A stretch of 64,000 bases of DNA from Octopus sinensis (Eukaryota). Position numbers and translations under genes: made by a program. The stretch is from positions 9,796,001-9,860,000 of the forward strand of contig NC_043010.1 in the NCBI RefSeq assembly GCF_006345805.1, in the 5' to 3' direction. This document shows, one piece after another, positions 60,495 through 64,000 of the stretch (within the stretch, counting starts at the first letter, position 1; every line of letters starts with the position of its first letter). The notes beneath the pieces were generated by a model. That model saw nothing but the letters and a program-made list of their open reading frames with translations, made no database searches and was not told the origin of the DNA.

Positions 60495-60899
60495 CTCTTT
60501 TACTCTTTTGCTTGTTTCAGTCATTTGACTGTGGCCGTGCTGGAGCACTGCCTTTTAGTCGAGCAAATCGACCCCCCAGGACTTATTCTTTGTAAGCCTA
60601 GTACTTATTCTATCAGTCTCTTTTGCCGAACCGCTAAGTTAAGGGGACGTAAAAACACCCCAAGCATCGGTTGTCAAGCGATGTTGGGGTGGGGGTGGGG
60701 GGCAAACACAGACACACAAACATATACACACACACACATATACATATGTATATACGTCTACCAAATCCACTCACAAGGCTTTGGTCAACCCGAGGCTGTA
60801 GTAGAAGACACTTGCCCAAGATGCCACGCAGTGGGACTGAACCCTGAACCATGTGGTTGGTTAGCAAGCTACTAACCACACAGCCACTCCTGCGCCTCC
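60495..60899 (-). mobile_element. SINE family A
   Basis: Homology to other copies. Confidence 0.9.
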
Positions 60900-61741
60900 G
60901 GCTATTAATTAATGTTTCAACATGTTAGCCAAGCCACAAAATAATCATAAAAGACTTAGTATTATAAAGTTGAAATTCGGTCCTGAGTTCAAACCCTACT
61001 GAAGTAAACTTTACATTTTACCTTTCCAGGGTTAATAAAATAAGTACCAGTTGAGTACTAAGGGGTTAACAGGATCAACTGTACTCATTTTGGTTCCTTA
61101 CTTATATTAGAAATAAATATTTTAAAACTGAGGTTCCATATTCTTTTAAAAAATGGTATTTCATCTTTTGTCTTTCATCTTTTATCTTTTGTGTCTCAGG
61201 TATTAGATTGTAGTCATACTGGGGCACAACCTTGAAAAATTTTACTCAAAGGAATTGACTCCAGTACCTATTTTTTTGTAAAGCCTGTTGCTCCTTCTAT
61301 TGGTCTCTTTTGCCGAACCACTAAGTTATGGGAACCTAAGCACACTAACACTGGTTGTCAAGCAGTGATGGGGGACAAACACAGACACAAAAAAAAAACA
61401 CACTCATTGATATATATATGTGTGTGTGTGTGTATATATATATATACAAATTTAAATTGAGGATGAGAAATTAGATATTAATTTAATTAACATCGATTTC
61501 ACACCAGTGGTCTAGCATATAAAAAAACTAAAGGTTCAGTAAAATTGTATTATATACATATGAGAGGGAAACATGTATGTGAATAATCCATATTTTTATT
61601 GCTTTTCCTTTTGTCTTGCTCGATTACATTTTGGTTGTTTTGCTAAATTTTTCTTGAGAACATTTCTTAGTGGTAAGACCATAGCGGATCTATTTCTAGC
61701 ATAAGGGTATCCACATAGTGGTTTCCCGCTAATATATATAT

Positions 61742-61770
<29 letters not shown>

Positions 61771-61772
<2 letters not shown>

Positions 61773-61895
61773 CAATAATATGTTACATTACTCAGTAGTC
61801 AAGAGTAATGTAACATATTATTGTATAAATAAATTTCCTCTATTTACATAATATTGAGGTCTCTTTCTTTCTTTTGTTATCTTACCGTTTTATCA

Positions 61896-61947
<52 letters not shown>

Positions 61948-62070
61948 CAATAATATGTTACATTACTCAGTAGTCAAGAGTAATGTAACATATTATTGTA
62001 TAAATAAATTTCCTCTATTTACATAATATTGAGGTCTCTTTCTTTCTTTTGTTATCTTACCATTTTATCA
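61771..62070. mobile_element. Two tandem copies of a mini-palindrome related to 13419..13682
   Basis: 23-bp arms TACAATAATATGTTACATTACTC with 9-nt loop, plus the shared extension, at 61771 and 61946. Confidence 0.85.
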
Positions 62071-62435
62071 ATATATATATATATATATATATATAAATAT
62101 ATATGTACACGATGGGCTCCTTTTAGTTTCCTTCATCCAAATCCACTCACAAGGCCTTGTGAGTGGTTCCTGCCTGTGGGACTGAACCCAGAACCCTGTT
62201 GTTGCGAATCAAGCTTCTTACTACACAGCTCTCTTAGCAGGGTACAAGAAATTTTGGTGCCACTGATTTGGCGTCGCTGATTCAACACTAACTTATTTGA
62301 CTCCATATACCTTGTGTTCCTCGCTTTAATGCTTGTTTTGTTCTCTCCTTCCCCACTCGGTCTCTCTGTTTTGGTGAGTAAGCAGCTACTAATGTTTGCA
62401 TGTACAATGTCTTTCCCTCTCTGTCTTAATTCTGC

Positions 62436-63580
62436 ACACGTGTGTGTGTACATGTGTGCATGTGTGTGTGGTGTGTGTGTGTGTACGTGTGTACATGTGT
62501 GCATGTGTGTGTGTGTGTGTGTACGTGTGTACATGTGTGCATGTGTGTGTGTGGTGTGTACGTGTGTACATGTGTGCATGTGTGTGTATGTGTGTACGTG
62601 TGTATATGTGTGCATGTGTGTGGTGTGTGTGTGTGTACGTGTGTACATGTGTGCATGTGTGTGTGTGTGGTGTGTACGTGTGTACATGTGTGCATGTGTG
62701 TGTGTGTGTGTGTGTACGTGTGTACATGTGTGCATGTGTGTGTGTGTGTGTGTGTACGTGTGTACATGTGTGCATGTGTGTGTGTGTGTGTGCGTACGTG
62801 TGTACATGTGTGCATGTGTGTGTGTGTGTGTGTGTACGTGTGTACATGTGTGCATGTGTGTGTGTGTGTGTGTGTACGTGTGTACATGTGTGCATGTGAG
62901 TATGTGTTTGCATATGTATATGTGTATACATGTGTATGTGTGTGCATTTGTAAATGTGTGTATGCATATGTGCATGTGTGCATGTGTGTATGTGTGCTTA
63001 TGTTTGTGCGTGCACGTACATTTGTGTATGTGTGCCTGTTGTATGTGTATGTGTGTGTGCATGTATATGTGTGTATGTGCATTTGCATATGTATGTATGT
63101 GTGTGCATATGTGTATGTTTGCATGTTTGCATGTGTGTGTGCATGTGTGTATGTGTGCATAAGTGTGTGTGCATAAGTGTGTGTGCATGCATTTATGTAT
63201 GTGTGTGCATATGTGTATGTTTGCATGTTCGTATGTGTGTGTGCATGTGTGTATGTGTGCATAAGTGTGTGTGCATGCATTTATGTATGTGTGCTTGTTG
63301 TATGTGTGTATGTGCATGTGTGTATGTGTACTTATGTTTGTATGTGCACATACATTTGTGTATGTGTGCCTGTTGTATGTGTATGTGTATGTGTGTGTGC
63401 ATGTGTATGTGTGTGTGTGCATTTGCATGTGTATGTATGTGTGTGTACACTTGTGCATGTTCGTATGTGTGTGTGTATGTGTGCATGTGTGTGTGCATGC
63501 ATTTATGTATGTGTGCTTGTTGTATGTGTGTGTGCATGTGTGTATGTGTGCATATGTGTGTATGTGTGTGCACGCATGCT
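62436..63580. repeat. About 1.15-kb (TG)-rich purine-pyrimidine minisatellite with ~40-bp higher-order units
   Basis: gtacgtgtgtacatgtgtgcat(gt)n reiterated to about 62900, then longer degenerate units. Confidence 0.92.
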
Positions 63581-63594
63581 TGACTCTAATAGTG

Positions 63595-63820
63595 AAGGTG
63601 CATGGCTTAGTGGTTAGGGGTATTCAGCTCATGATTGTAAGGTCAGGAGTTCAATTCCTAGTAGTGCATTGTGTCCTTGAATAAGACACAATTTATTTCA
63701 CATTGTTCCACTCCACACAGCTAACAAAAATTCATAGTACCTGTAACTGAAAGGGTCAACCTTAATACATTCTGTGTCATGCTGAATCTCCCTGAGAAAT
63801 ACATTAAGGGTATGCTTGTC
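63595..63820 (+). mobile_element. Diverged SINE: family D/E-type head and body with the tail seen at 21795..21990
   Basis: ggcttagtggttaggggt head; tail acctgta..aaagggtcaacctt..cattctgtgtcatgctgaatctccctgagaaatacattaaggg. Confidence 0.7.
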
Positions 63821-63822
63821 TA

Positions 63823-64000
63823 AGGCGGCGATGGCAGAAACGTTAGCACGCCGGGCGTAATGCGTAGCCGTATTTCGTCTGCCGTTACGTTCTGAGTTCA
63901 AATTCCGCCGAGGTCGACTTTGCCTTTCATCCTCTCGGGGTCGATAAATTAAGTACCAGTTACGCACTGAGGTCAATGTAATCGACTTAATCCGTTTGTC
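63823..64000 (+). mobile_element. SINE family B, runs off the window
   Basis: aaggcggcgatggcagaaacgttagc head and standard body. Confidence 0.9.

Noticed and set aside
62133-63684. Long HT/CV-repeat ORFs here and similar ORFs throughout the track
   Set aside because: Translations of (CA)/(TG)/(TA)/(TACA) microsatellites.

Overview
Repeat-saturated, AT-rich animal genomic DNA, most likely an Octopus species. That assignment is inferred from a cephalopod-type protocadherin, the SINE repertoire and the extreme microsatellite density. The only host gene I can support is a minus-strand protocadherin. Its large exon carries CDS 32893..30512 (signal peptide, six cadherin repeats, TM helix), and I propose an in-frame second exon at 24026..23885 that the ORF track misses. 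The His-rich tail of the 965-aa ORF is read-through into an intronic (GAT)n array. The rest is nested mobile DNA: at least five tRNA-head SINE families with swapped modules; RTE, CR1 and R4/Dong LINE ends; Penelope-like palindromes; decayed mariner and Tc1-like elements; canonical Helitrons (one with a helicase remnant); TTAA MITEs; and GGATC-ended MITEs with 8-bp TSDs that carry (TTAGGG)n. The most unusual signals are: (i) two unrelated palindromic elements that each fold into a type-I hammerhead-ribozyme-like structure with the same non-canonical CCGANGA core; (ii) a SINE whose 184-bp body is multimerised through a recurrent self-complementary junction; (iii) a 45-unit, two-variant 11-bp array inside a transposon end; and (iv) telomere-repeat-bearing foldback MITEs. 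There is a 100-N gap at 10276..10375. Nearly all other ORFs in the track are microsatellite artefacts. SINE family labels A-G are my own.
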